Below, piece by piece: positions 9,572-19,445 of a DNA stretch of 64,000 bases. Each line of letters starts with the position of its first letter. Within the stretch, counting starts at the first letter, position 1. The DNA comes from a bacterium. GTDB taxonomy: Bacteria > Patescibacteriota > Minisyncoccia > UBA6257 > GWB1-50-10. A program made the position numbers and the translations under genes. The notes under the pieces are model-generated. The model was not told where the DNA came from, ran no database searches, and saw only the letters and a list, made by a program, of their open reading frames with translations. The stretch lies in assembly GCA_021814165.1 (NCBI GenBank), contig JAKAIX010000001.1:216369-280368 (forward strand), read 5' to 3'.

Positions 9572-10287
9572 GAGGAGAAGTGAGCGGCATGCGCGAGCCG
9601 CTTTTTGTGGTTTCGTATATCTTCGAGTATGGAACCGTCCTGGATATGAATGATTCTGTCCGCGTGTTCCGCGACATAAAGTTCGTGGGTGATGAGGACG
9701 ATGGTATGGCGATGGGCGCGGTTCAGTTCCTGGAACGTCCCCAAAACAACCTCGCCCGTTTTGGTATCAAGGTTTCCCGTAGGTTCGTCGGCGAGAATGA
9801 GCGCGGGGTCATTCACGAGCGCGCGGGCAATAGCCACGCGCTGCATCTGGCCTCCTGAAAGCTGGTTCGAAAGATGATGCCAGCGATCTTCCTGAAGCCC
9901 AGCGGCGAGAAGCGCTTTCTCCGCCCCTGAACGCCGTTTTCCCGGAGAAATTCCCGCGTACACAAGAGGAAGCATCACGTTTCTCAACACCGTCGCGCGG
10001 GAGAGGAGATTGAAAGATTGAAACACAAACCCGATTTTGTCTCTTCTCACATCGGCGAGCTCGTCATCGGAAAGTTTCGACACGTCATGACCGTCAAGCC
10101 GATACGTCCCCGAAGTGGGGGTATCGAGCGCGCCGAGAATATGCATTAAGGTCGACTTTCCCGATCCCGAGGGTCCCATGATCGCGACAAACTCTCCGTG
10201 CTTCACCTCGAAAGAAACCGCCTTCAACACGGGGGTTTCCACGTCTCCGTTCACATACACCTTCGAGATAGCTTCGCATTTTATCAT
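9568..10287 (-). CDS. MacB-type ABC transporter ATP-binding protein
   Basis: [34 protein letters not shown]. Confidence 0.95.
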   Translation of the reverse strand: MIKCEAISKVYVNGDVETPVLKAVSFEVKHGEFVAIMGPSGSGKSTLMHILGALDTPTSGTYRLDGHDVSKLSDDELADVRRDKIGFVFQSFNLLSRATVLRNVMLPLVYAGISPGKRRSGAEKALLAAGLQEDRWHHLSNQLSGGQMQRVAIARALVNDPALILADEPTGNLDTKTGEVVLGTFQELNRAHRHTIVLITHELYVAEHADRIIHIQDGSILEDIRNHKKRLAHAAHFSS

Positions 10288-10296
10288 AATGGGCGA

Positions 10297-12012
10297 TCAG
10301 CGTACGCCGGGGATCCGTATGCCTCCTATGGAGCTGTTGGTTGATTTCGCCGCCGTCGTGGCGGAAGTGATTGTTTGCGTGACTACATTATCTCCTTCAC
10401 TCAATCCCGACACGATTTCCGTCATGGTGTCGCTTGAAGAACCGATGGTAACCTGCCGTTCCGACGGAATACCGTTCGATTCCATCACTTGTACGGTCGA
10501 TACGCCCTGTTTCGTGGAGACGGCGGCATTGGGCACAAGAAGCACATCCGGTTTCGTTTGGGTAATGATCGATACGGAGTCGCTCATGCCCGATTTCACA
10601 AGCGGATTCGGAAGATCAAGCGCAATCTTCACGTTATAACTCACGACTCCCTGCGAGACCGTGCCTAATGCATCAACCTCCGATACTTTTCCGGTAAGCG
10701 TGAGATCGGGCAGCGCGTCGAAAGTGACCGTCGCTTGTTGCCCCACCTGTACGTGCACCACATCGATCTCGTTGAATGTCGCCTGAGCGATCTGAGTGTC
10801 GCTTATGAGCGTCGCAAGCGTTCCCGAGGCGGGTTGTCCCACTTTCGCCGTGATATTGGTGACAATACCCTTGAACGGGGCGCGCACATAATCGTTCCCG
10901 AGGTTTTCCTTCGCATCCGAGAGCGCATTCTGCGCCTGAGTGACGGTAAGTTCCTGCTGTGCAATCTGAAGCTCGGTCGCGCCCGCCTTTAATTGATCCA
11001 AAGAAGCGGAGGTTTGCCCGATCGAAAGACTTGCCGTTTCTATCCCCCGTTCATCCGCTTGTATCGAGTTCTGAATCTGAAGAAGTGCAAGGAGATGATT
11101 GTTTACCGCCGTGATGTAGGATTGTATGTTCGTACGATCGATCGCAAGCTGAGCCGGAGCGGTAAGAATGGTATTTTGCTGGAATACGTTGTTCACGAAA
11201 TCAAGAAAATTTTTCGTATTGCCAAGCGCCGAGGAGACCGACTTTAGGGTCGCGGTTGTTTTTCCGAGAAGCGACTCGATCGTGGAAGTGCTTGAATAAA
11301 TGCTTGAGTTTTTGAAATCCACGACGGTCCCGTCATACGCGGTGACTGCCGCCGCATGACTTGAGACGGTGCTATCGTGGTATTGCGTCACGGTCGGATA
11401 CGAAACTCTGATTGCATCGGTATAGACGTCGATGTCCGCCTGGGTTCTGTTAATCGCGGTTCCGTAAAGCATCGAGTTCACTCCGGTCATTACGCCGGGG
11501 AGATCGATGAATGTGTTCGAGATATCGGTATATGCGGTGTTATAATCCGTGGCGAGATTATTCGTATTGGTCTCAAGCGACTGCTTTGCCTGAACAAGCG
11601 ACGCTTCCGCTTGTAATAAAGTCGAGGTCGCTGCGGGCGCGAGAAGTTCTTGGAGCGCGAGCTTCGCGTTATCAAGGCTTGCCTCGGCGTTCCGCACCGC
11701 CCGTTCGTCGTCCGTCGGATCAAGCTTGATAAGAACATCTCCCGCGTTGATTCTTTGGTTGTTCACGACGGGAATCGAGAGAACGGTACCGGAAACCTTC
11801 GCCTGCACGCTTACCTCGTTTAATGCCGACACCTGACCGCTTCCCGTAACCGAGACCACAAGCGTTCCTTTCTCCGCTTTTGCGGTCATGTATTGCGTCG
11901 CCGGCACCGCGCTCTTATTCGAGAAGAAGAGAAAATACCCCCCGAAAAGAAACACGGCAATAACACCTGTTACGATTTTGTGGCGAAGTACGGATTTCAG
12001 AATTTTTTTCAT
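10297..12012 (-). CDS. MacA-like efflux adaptor subunit with long helical hairpin
   Basis: N-terminal TM, lipoyl half-motifs (AKVSGTV, VRAPFKGIV), beta-barrel, TEIVSGLSEGD. Confidence 0.88.
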   Translation of the reverse strand: MKKILKSVLRHKIVTGVIAVFLFGGYFLFFSNKSAVPATQYMTAKAEKGTLVVSVTGSGQVSALNEVSVQAKVSGTVLSIPVVNNQRINAGDVLIKLDPTDDERAVRNAEASLDNAKLALQELLAPAATSTLLQAEASLVQAKQSLETNTNNLATDYNTAYTDISNTFIDLPGVMTGVNSMLYGTAINRTQADIDVYTDAIRVSYPTVTQYHDSTVSSHAAAVTAYDGTVVDFKNSSIYSSTSTIESLLGKTTATLKSVSSALGNTKNFLDFVNNVFQQNTILTAPAQLAIDRTNIQSYITAVNNHLLALLQIQNSIQADERGIETASLSIGQTSASLDQLKAGATELQIAQQELTVTQAQNALSDAKENLGNDYVRAPFKGIVTNITAKVGQPASGTLATLISDTQIAQATFNEIDVVHVQVGQQATVTFDALPDLTLTGKVSEVDALGTVSQGVVSYNVKIALDLPNPLVKSGMSDSVSIITQTKPDVLLVPNAAVSTKQGVSTVQVMESNGIPSERQVTIGSSSDTMTEIVSGLSEGDNVVTQTITSATTAAKSTNSSIGGIRIPGVR

Positions 12013-12020
12013 GAAGTGGA

Positions 12021-12467
12021 TTAGCGAAACACTCTTATGAAGCGGGCGCCGATCCTCCCCTCATCGTCGGGTGCGCCGATCACAAGTACCTGATCTCCCG
12101 CCTTGAGATCAGAAGAATGGAGCATGTCCTCGTTGCTTCGTATTGTCGTAGAAGAAGAAAATGTAACCATTCTCTCGGTTCCGTCGCGGCCGACAACTAT
12201 GAAATCTGAGGGAGTGATCTGGACGATTGAACCGACGGTTCCGTGCGCGCTCATCATAAAAGGCGGCTCGGGAGGAAACGCCGCTCCGCGGAATGACGGT
12301 CCTCCGAAATTACGATCGTAATTTTCACGCCACTTATACGAAAATGTCGCCTTGCGATATCCGACTGAAACTCCGACTGAAAAGGAGAGTAAGACAACGA
12401 CACACAGTCCGAGAATGATGAGAACCCACCGCGCTGTCTTGGATTGAAACATCTGGTTAATATTCAT
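12021..12467 (-). CDS. Membrane-anchored hypothetical protein (DUF5666-like)
   Basis: TM helix, HGTVGSIV...DLKAGDQVLVIG...IGARFIRVF. Confidence 0.75.
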   Translation of the reverse strand: MNINQMFQSKTARWVLIILGLCVVVLLSFSVGVSVGYRKATFSYKWRENYDRNFGGPSFRGAAFPPEPPFMMSAHGTVGSIVQITPSDFIVVGRDGTERMVTFSSSTTIRSNEDMLHSSDLKAGDQVLVIGAPDDEGRIGARFIRVFR

Positions 12468-12858
12468 GGGAATGCATACGTGTCTGTCTTACAAGCGAGA
12501 TCATTTTTGCAAAATAACGAACGGCATACCCCGCCGAAAGAATAAGCAGAAAAAGCACCGCGAAAACGCCAGCGAGAGAAACGGCGGGCGTCGATTCAAG
12601 CACCAACAGGCCGAAATCGCGCCAGTTCATAAGCACCGCTTCAGGATCGGAAAAAACAAGCGAGAGCGCTCGAAGCAGCTCCGATTGCACCAGAGCGCTC
12701 TGTAATAGAAAGCAAAACCCAACGAATGCGACTGTGGAAACTCCTGATGCAAGCGAAAACAGGATCGTTCTCCGGCGCAACGTCAGAAGCTTCTCCTCCG
12801 ACCTGATACGGTCGGTAATGCGTTTGAAAAGGCGATCTTTGATTCTCTTCCTGCCCAT
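12457..12858 (-). CDS. Membrane protein, possible anti-sigma factor
   Basis: Two TM segments; immediately downstream of an ECF sigma; role inferred from position. Confidence 0.65.
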   Translation of the reverse strand: MGRKRIKDRLFKRITDRIRSEEKLLTLRRRTILFSLASGVSTVAFVGFCFLLQSALVQSELLRALSLVFSDPEAVLMNWRDFGLLVLESTPAVSLAGVFAVLFLLILSAGYAVRYFAKMISLVRQTRMHSHEY

Positions 12859-12913
12859 ATTTATACTACGGGCGGGAAGTCATGTTTGGTGCAACGCCAA
12901 GTTATCCACAATT

Positions 12914-13492
12914 CTATCGAGGCCCGGCCTCGATAGATTGGAGTTTCTCTTTTACGAACCTGATTGCTCTCCGATAGCGGCTCTTCACGGTATGTAACGG
13001 CTCCTTGAGAATGCTCGCGATTTCTTTGAACGTGAGCTCATCCTCATGATGCATCAATACCACCTCCGAATGCCGCTTCGGAAGCTCGGAGAGAACGCGC
13101 TTTGCCCTGGAGGCTGTCTCTTTGGCATCGAGAAATTCTTCGAGCGACAAGCGATCGTCCGGCGCGGGAAAATCGACTTCTCCATCTTCATTTCCGAAAA
13201 AAGAGAACGGCGTCGCTTCTTTTTTCCGAAGCCAATCGAGCGCGGTGTTTTTGGCGATCGCGAAGATCCACGGCTTGAAGGCCTTTTTCGTATCAAACGT
13301 GCCGATATTCTTCCACGCCTTTACGAATACCTCCTGCGTGATGTCCGCCGCGCGATCAGGATCTCCGCTGTAACGTCTGGAAAACGCGTAGATCGAGGAA
13401 CAATGCCGGCGCACAAGATCGTCAAATGCCGTCTTATCCCCTTTTCGATACCGCTCCACAAGCATCCCGTCCGTTGTCCGTCTCCAATCCAT
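12914..13492 (-). CDS. ECF RNA polymerase sigma-70 factor
   Basis: Region 2 (DITQEVFVKAW, FKPWIFAIAKN) and region 4 (LTFKEIASIL..PLHTVKSRYRRA). Confidence 0.93.
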   Translation of the reverse strand: MDWRRTTDGMLVERYRKGDKTAFDDLVRRHCSSIYAFSRRYSGDPDRAADITQEVFVKAWKNIGTFDTKKAFKPWIFAIAKNTALDWLRKKEATPFSFFGNEDGEVDFPAPDDRLSLEEFLDAKETASRAKRVLSELPKRHSEVVLMHHEDELTFKEIASILKEPLHTVKSRYRRAIRFVKEKLQSIEAGPR

Positions 13493-13493
13493 A

Positions 13494-14111
13494 TTATTTA
13501 CTTCTTGATTGTATACGCTTCAAAAACCAGTATGCAAGGAGGAAGAGTAGGACTGCGATGAGACAATAACTCACGATCTTTGCATAAGGGGTAATCTGGC
13601 GCCAATCGCTCCCCAGCATCTGCCCTCCCCACGCCAGAAGAAAAGACCACAAGAACGATCCGATAAAACAAGTTACGGTGAAAACCCAGAAGTTCGCCTT
13701 GGCAATCCCGGCGGGGATTGAAATATAAGTGCGAACAACGGGCACGATCCTTCCTATAAAAAGCGAGGAAATGCCATGTTCGCTGAAGAACTTGTCCGCA
13801 GCGGCCAAGCTTCTGCGCGAGATGAAAATATATTTCCCATACTTCTCGACGAGCGGACGCCCTCCGTAGCGGGCTATCACGTACACGATAATTGATCCCA
13901 GCGTTGAACCCACGGCGCCCGCAAGTGAAACTCCAAAAATGGAAAATCTCCCCGCCGCAACAAGATAGCCGGCAAAGGGCATGATAAGCTCCGAAGGAAG
14001 CGGGGTTGCCGCCGACTCTAAGGTCATAAGTACCACGATCCCAAAATAGCCCAGCGCGCTTATTGTCGCGCTCACAAATGAAATGAGGGATCCGACCACA
14101 GAATAGATCAC
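13494..14111 (-). CDS. DedA family membrane protein
   Basis: LESAATPLPSELIMPFAG, GRIVPVVRTYISIPAG. Confidence 0.92.
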   Translation of the reverse strand: MIYSVVGSLISFVSATISALGYFGIVVLMTLESAATPLPSELIMPFAGYLVAAGRFSIFGVSLAGAVGSTLGSIIVYVIARYGGRPLVEKYGKYIFISRRSLAAADKFFSEHGISSLFIGRIVPVVRTYISIPAGIAKANFWVFTVTCFIGSFLWSFLLAWGGQMLGSDWRQITPYAKIVSYCLIAVLLFLLAYWFLKRIQSRSK

Positions 14112-14220
14112 TCCTTCATTCTAGCGGATTCTGCGCTTCTTGTTGAATTCAATAGAAGCACCCGGCTACGCGAAACGGACAAGTCACCGGGGAGTCTGAT
14201 CTTCGCGGTTTAGAAAACAA

Positions 14221-14255
14221 AAAAACCCTCGCCTGAATGATGAGATGAGGGTTTT
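14221..14255 (-). terminator. Intrinsic terminator-like hairpin
   Basis: AAAACCCTC...GAGGGTTTT inverted repeat with T-run on the minus strand, right after the stop at 14254. Confidence 0.6.
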
Positions 14256-14862
14256 AGGCATTTTGCTTTCTATTCCTTCGCTCATACTTATGCATGAGCG
14301 TAAGAAGAAAGGATGTCGACAAGAGCGAACGAACTGAATATATCACGGCAAGCACCTCCCCGCTCCCTATGGAAAGGTAGAGGGATAAGATACTGTTCGC
14401 CAAGCTGCAATACCAAATAGAGAGCGGCTCGGTGTTCTTTTTCTCTCTCGCCATTCTGCGAACGGTCGGGACATAAGCGGCGATTAAAAGAGATTGAGCC
14501 ACTACGTTCATCCCAACCGAATTTTTGGTGAGCACCCAGAAAGACACCGCTCCCAGGATCACGCCGATATAGTACTTTTCAAACGAATCAAGTACTATCT
14601 TGTTTCCATCTCTTCTTATAATTCCCACGGAGACGGAAATGCACATCGCCATATCGGCTATCCCGAATGCCGCAGCTTCCCAGTTCCACGATGATTCAAA
14701 AAGAAGACTCACCGTACTAAGTGACACCGCGAGAGCGAACAAGAACCACATTGCGAGCGCCGGGTTCACCTCCTTCTTCTCCTCACGCTTTAAGATCGTG
14801 GTATATCTTTTTGCGTTAAGGAGAGACAGGAAGACGATGATGGAAATTACCATGGCCTTCAC
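14254..14862 (-). CDS. Hypothetical multi-pass membrane protein
   Basis: 202 aa, about 6-7 hydrophobic segments, AAGGAGG upstream. Confidence 0.75.
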   Translation of the reverse strand: MKAMVISIIVFLSLLNAKRYTTILKREEKKEVNPALAMWFLFALAVSLSTVSLLFESSWNWEAAAFGIADMAMCISVSVGIIRRDGNKIVLDSFEKYYIGVILGAVSFWVLTKNSVGMNVVAQSLLIAAYVPTVRRMAREKKNTEPLSIWYCSLANSILSLYLSIGSGEVLAVIYSVRSLLSTSFLLTLMHKYERRNRKQNA

Positions 14863-15127
14863 GAGGCCTCCTTCCGTTTGTTATTAAATAATAAATGAGC
14901 CGAAACCTGAGATTACACAATAAAACTTTTCTTCGTTTATGTCAATAAATAGTATCGGGATTTGATTCTCGATAAAGTAAGTCCTACGTCGTCCGCCGGA
15001 GAGGCGGACTCCTCAGGATGATTGATTTTCTAAGCTCGTTCCTCGCTAAGAAAATCTAATCAGCCACGGCCTCGATAATTTTGTGGATAATCCCCACGCC
15101 GCTGAAAAGAGTGCTGTTTGGTGGGTT

Positions 15128-16228
15128 TTATCGGGAGATAAAATGCTTCGAAAGACGCGCGCCCGATTGGACGGAGTAGTTTGATCTTCCCGATACATCA
15201 TAGAGCATGTCGGGGATATCCATCATGCGCTCGAATTTAATCTTCGCAATCGCCTGCTTTCCCCTCACAATCATGTCCTCAAAAGGACGAACCTCGAGCG
15301 TAAGAGATCTTCCCTTTTCTTCTCCTCCTTTCCCGCACCCCCATCCCGGATCGATAAAGCCGGCGTAGTGAGATCGAAACTCTCCGCTCCGCTCATCCAT
15401 GGGCACCATTTCGCACGCAAGGTACGGAGGAATCCTCACCGCTTCTTTCGAAGAAAGAATATAAAATCCTCCTTTTTTGAGACGCACGAAGTCACCCTCC
15501 CGTTTCACTTGTTTAAAAAACTTACCGGGCTCATAGTGATTTATCTTCGAAAAATCCACCGCCTCGGAAACTCCGAAACATTCATATCCGAGCGGATCCT
15601 GCTCGATATCGAGGCGAAGGATAACCGAGCCGTCCCCGTCCTTTATTTTGAGACGACTATAGGTAATAACCTCGCCGTGCGAATCGAAGAGCAGATTATC
15701 CTTCTGCATCGTCATCTCGAGTTCAAGTTCACTGAGCCGGGTGTCATGATTGAAGAATCTCAGCTGTACGAGCGTGGTTCCCTGCTGTACCCGTATCGGG
15801 TATGAGTTTGGCTGTATCGCAAGCCACACTTCCCCCTTATACCCTTCCGGAATCATGTCATACCGCGAAACACCGTCCGCGAGCACGCGTACATGCACGT
15901 CGTTCCTCCCCGTCGAGCTCTTCGGATTGCAATATCCATACACATGCCCGGGAAATGCGAGTGTCTCATTAAGGCGCGCGAGGTAGGTTACGTCCTTCTC
16001 GAGGATGTCTCCAAACACGTGCGGAGCATGGGGCATCTGCTGAAGCAGTTCACGAACCTTCTCCCCCGGTCGCGGGAGAAATACCCCCTCCACCCGATAC
16101 ATCTCATCGGAAAGTGAAAGATCAAGAGACGCCGGATTCACGTTCGCGGCGCTCGCACCGCTTACAAACCCCCCCTCCATCATTTCCCGTATCATCTGTG
16201 ACGGGAGCACACCGAACTTTTTTGCCAT
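15128..16228 (-). CDS. dcd: dCTP deaminase (two-domain DCD family)
   Basis: PASLDL, NPKSSTGRNDV, GEFRSHYAGFIDPGWG, LTLEVRP. Confidence 0.88.
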   Translation of the reverse strand: MAKKFGVLPSQMIREMMEGGFVSGASAANVNPASLDLSLSDEMYRVEGVFLPRPGEKVRELLQQMPHAPHVFGDILEKDVTYLARLNETLAFPGHVYGYCNPKSSTGRNDVHVRVLADGVSRYDMIPEGYKGEVWLAIQPNSYPIRVQQGTTLVQLRFFNHDTRLSELELEMTMQKDNLLFDSHGEVITYSRLKIKDGDGSVILRLDIEQDPLGYECFGVSEAVDFSKINHYEPGKFFKQVKREGDFVRLKKGGFYILSSKEAVRIPPYLACEMVPMDERSGEFRSHYAGFIDPGWGCGKGGEEKGRSLTLEVRPFEDMIVRGKQAIAKIKFERMMDIPDMLYDVSGRSNYSVQSGARLSKHFISR

Positions 16229-16241
16229 AGGTTCTTGATTT

Positions 16242-16316
16242 TAGTAGCAAGTATACAGCATCAAGTAGCAAGTATCAAAACACACTCGCATACTTAATAC
16301 TTTCTACTTAATACTA
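16242..16316. repeat. Inverted heptad-repeat hairpin (AGTAGCA/AGTATCA versus TACTTAA)
   Basis: Degenerate 7-nt tandem repeats on the left arm and their complements on the right arm. Confidence 0.65.
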
Positions 16317-16391
16317 GATATTCCGCAAGAGAAAAACACTTTACCAAGGCAAGGTGGATACCAATAAGTAAAACACCTACAATGTCTCTAT

Positions 16392-17354
16392 ATGCTTATT
16401 GATGACGTCACCATCGAGGTAATCGCCGGAAACGGAGGGAAGGGCGCGGTTGCGTTCGATAAAAATCTCGGCGCCAAGGGACCCGCCGGAGGGAAAGGCG
16501 GAAACGGAGGAAGTGTATATGCCGAGGGAATTTCCGACTTAAGCGGTTTAAATCAGTTTAGGTTTAAGAAAGAGATCCGCGCGGAAGACGGTCAGGACGG
16601 ACGATCCCAATTCCGCGACGGCGTCACGGGAAAGGATTTAATATTCAAAGTTCCCGTGGGAACGGTACTTCATAACCTGACGAGCGGGACGGATATCGAG
16701 ATTACGAGAATCGGCGAACAGGTGCTCATAGCAAAGGGCGGACACGGGGGAAAAGGCAACTTTCACTTCCGATCCCCCATAAATACCAGTCCGAAAGAGT
16801 TCCAAGAAGGTACTCCCGGAGAACGCTTTACCGTCCGGCTAGAGCTTAAGATGATCGCGGATGTTGGATTTATCGGCCTTCCAAACGTGGGGAAATCAAG
16901 TTTATTAAACGAACTTACGAATGCAAAAGCGAAGGTGGCAAACTACCAGTTTACGACGCTTGAGCCGAACCTCGGCGTATACTACGAACTGATTCTCGCG
17001 GACATTCCCGGACTCATCGAAGGGGCGTCGGGCGGGAAGGGGCTCGGCATCAAGTTTCTCCGGCATATCGAACGAACGAAGATTCTTTTTCATCTCATCT
17101 CCGCGGAATCGGAACATCCGGAATCCGACTATAAGACCGTGAGGAACGAACTCAAAAAATATAGTGCGGCTCTCGCAAAAAAGAAGGAATATGTATTTTT
17201 CACTAAAATGGATATGATTGACGAAAAAGAGTTAAAGAAAAAGATGGCGATATTAAAAAAGATGAAACTCTCCCCTATCTCTATTTCCGTCTATGACGAC
17301 GAGAGCTTAAAGCGGGTGAAAAAAATCCTGAATGAGATTCAAAAGGAAAAATAA
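16392..17354 (+). CDS. obg: GTPase ObgE (no C-terminal extension)
   Basis: Gly-rich Obg fold (AGNGGKG, GGKGGNGG), GLPNVGKSS, YQFTTLEP, DIPGLIEG. Confidence 0.96.
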   Translation: MLIDDVTIEVIAGNGGKGAVAFDKNLGAKGPAGGKGGNGGSVYAEGISDLSGLNQFRFKKEIRAEDGQDGRSQFRDGVTGKDLIFKVPVGTVLHNLTSGTDIEITRIGEQVLIAKGGHGGKGNFHFRSPINTSPKEFQEGTPGERFTVRLELKMIADVGFIGLPNVGKSSLLNELTNAKAKVANYQFTTLEPNLGVYYELILADIPGLIEGASGGKGLGIKFLRHIERTKILFHLISAESEHPESDYKTVRNELKKYSAALAKKKEYVFFTKMDMIDEKELKKKMAILKKMKLSPISISVYDDESLKRVKKILNEIQKEK

Positions 17355-17387
17355 AAGTACCATCCAGAATGTTTCGGATGGTACTTT
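17354..17387. terminator. Bidirectional terminator hairpin
   Basis: AAAGTACCATCC/GGATGGTACTTT 12-bp IR between convergent genes. Confidence 0.75.
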
Positions 17388-17398
17388 ATAAAACTTCA

Positions 17399-18106
17399 CT
17401 AATCAGACAAGAGTTTCGGGAAGGTAATACAGAAAATGGCACCTTCTCCTTCTATGCTCTCGACCGAGATACTGCCGCCTTCTCGGTCTAAGAACCACTT
17501 AGCGAGGGTAAGGCCTTTCCCTCTTCCTGTTTCGCCAGCTGTGCCGGGGACGCTCTCGCCGAAGGTGAAAAGCGCTTTTATCTTATCTTCCGAAATTCCC
17601 ACTCCAGAGTCAGCGATGCTGATTCGGACTTCCTTCTCATCCTGGATTGCAACAACTGTTATAGCTCCTTCAACTTTGGTGTATTTGACAGCGTTAGAGA
17701 GTAGATTTCTGAAAACAAACTCCATCGTTCTCTTGTGAGCATATAGAAGTCCACTTCCGTGAGCATTGACGGAAATCCATTTCTTCTCTATCTCATCTCT
17801 GAATTTTCGCACCTCGTCCGTTACAAGCCCATCAAGAGAAATCATTTCTTTGTGATGCGCCCCATCTAGAAGCTCATCACTCCAAGATGAAAACTCATCA
17901 AGAAGCTCTACCGATCTCTTTATGCCGCTGTATGCCTTCTGCAGGAAGGTTTTTTTCTCTTCCTGAGAGAAAGCGTTGAAATCCCCCGCCAACATGCTTA
18001 CGAAACCAAAAGCGTTGTTGATAGGGTTTCTGAGATCGTGAAACGTGGAACGGAATACTGTCGCCCACATCTCGTCGTTCTCCTGCAATTCTTTTGACTT
18101 TTCCAA
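17399..18106 (-). CDS. Histidine kinase core (HisKA + HATPase) without sensor domain
   Basis: FHDLRNPI, NLLSNAVKYT, DSGVGI, GRGKGL; TTG start with AGGAGG. Confidence 0.85.
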   Translation of the reverse strand: MEKSKELQENDEMWATVFRSTFHDLRNPINNAFGFVSMLAGDFNAFSQEEKKTFLQKAYSGIKRSVELLDEFSSWSDELLDGAHHKEMISLDGLVTDEVRKFRDEIEKKWISVNAHGSGLLYAHKRTMEFVFRNLLSNAVKYTKVEGAITVVAIQDEKEVRISIADSGVGISEDKIKALFTFGESVPGTAGETGRGKGLTLAKWFLDREGGSISVESIEGEGAIFCITFPKLLSD

Positions 18107-18180
18107 AGTCCCTCCTGTGAAATTGATAAATCAGTAAAAAGTTATTTAAATGCTTCAGTCAATACTATAATTAAAAATTA

Positions 18181-19422
18181 TTAATTCGTCAAGAGTGCAT
18201 CCGTCGTATATATATTTGTCGGACTCCAGAGCATGAAACCGGCGTAGTCGTTCTGAAGCGAATCCTTCGTTGCTTGGATTTCTTTCCCTACCATTGCCGC
18301 GTCATACGGCACGCCGTTCAGATCAAAATCCTGAAGCCACGGCCTGATTTTCGCAACCGATTTCAACGGTTGCGTGCTTGTTGCGGAGAGAAGCGCCATA
18401 CGGCGCGCGTCCATCTCTTTTAAAGAATATAAAATCACTTCATACGGGTGCGCCGCGGGATTCGTGAATCCGTTAAACCCCGAGCTGTAGTGAGACGGGT
18501 ACACCATCGGCGCGAGATAATCGAAATAAGGGAATGCGTCCTCGATTTCCTGTCCAATCCCCAGATCATCCTTCCTGATAGCCGCAAATCCGAAAAGATC
18601 CGCGGACAATTTCACGTTCGGCAACGCGCTTCTCAAATACCTGAAAAAATCCCTTATTATCTCATGCCGGGGAGTTTTCTCATCCCAGAACGGAAAGATC
18701 GCGGCATCGAGGTTTCCTCCCGAGGGAAATCTGACGTAATCGAAGTTTATCTCGTCGAATCCCCGTTCGGCCGCATCGCGGGCGATCGCCGCGTCATATT
18801 CCCACACGCCTTTTGCCGCGGGGTCCATCCAATTCAACTTTTTCTCGTCCTGCCAGAGCGAGTCAGCCGATCTGAAGGCATCCGAAGAAGTTGAGTTCAT
18901 TTTCGCAATGTCGTGCACTGCGAGATCGGGGCGCGCGTGCGCGAACATGGGATCCTGAAATACCGTTATCCTTCCTATTACGTATATCCCCGCATCGTGG
19001 AGCGTTTTTAAAAGCGTATTAATCTTCGGAATCCTGTTCTCGAAGGTACGATATTTTGCGACCTCCGGATTCGCCATCTCATACGCGAGATAACCCGAGT
19101 AGTCCTTGATATCGACGACAACCGCATTGATAGCTCCCTCATGCGCAAGATCGAGCACGTATTGCACCCTACTCTTGCTTCCTCCGGACCAGCTTGTAAG
19201 ATAAACCGCCCGGATCACGGAAGGGGGGTTGGGAAGAGGCCTTTGTGGTCCGATATCGGCCGGTTTATTGCTTGCTGCCGTCACCCCCTCCGGGAGCTGT
19301 ACTGTCGGATCCGGAGAAACAATCCCCACGCTGTTTTTCACCGTGAGAAATAAAAAACCCCCGAGAACAAGAAGCAAGACAATGAGAACGCTATAAATAA
19401 TGACCCGCGGTTTTGATTTCAT
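18181..19422 (-). CDS. Putative glycoside hydrolase (DUF4015-like), membrane anchored
   Basis: RAVYLT, NAVVVDIKD, GFDEINFDYVRFP, PMVYPSHY, IRPWLQDF. Confidence 0.8.
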   Translation of the reverse strand: MKSKPRVIIYSVLIVLLLVLGGFLFLTVKNSVGIVSPDPTVQLPEGVTAASNKPADIGPQRPLPNPPSVIRAVYLTSWSGGSKSRVQYVLDLAHEGAINAVVVDIKDYSGYLAYEMANPEVAKYRTFENRIPKINTLLKTLHDAGIYVIGRITVFQDPMFAHARPDLAVHDIAKMNSTSSDAFRSADSLWQDEKKLNWMDPAAKGVWEYDAAIARDAAERGFDEINFDYVRFPSGGNLDAAIFPFWDEKTPRHEIIRDFFRYLRSALPNVKLSADLFGFAAIRKDDLGIGQEIEDAFPYFDYLAPMVYPSHYSSGFNGFTNPAAHPYEVILYSLKEMDARRMALLSATSTQPLKSVAKIRPWLQDFDLNGVPYDAAMVGKEIQATKDSLQNDYAGFMLWSPTNIYTTDALLTN

Positions 19423-19445
19423 ATAACAACTAAATTATACCCCGC

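Noticed and set aside
14160-14215. CACCGGGGAG segment resembling a ZMP/ZTP riboswitch
   Set aside because: Lacks the GTGACTGG 5' element and the 3' pseudoknot partner, and is on the opposite strand to the flanking genes
12902-15090. Two DnaA boxes as a possible replication origin
   Set aside because: Only two boxes, 2 kb apart, with no dnaA/dnaN and no box cluster
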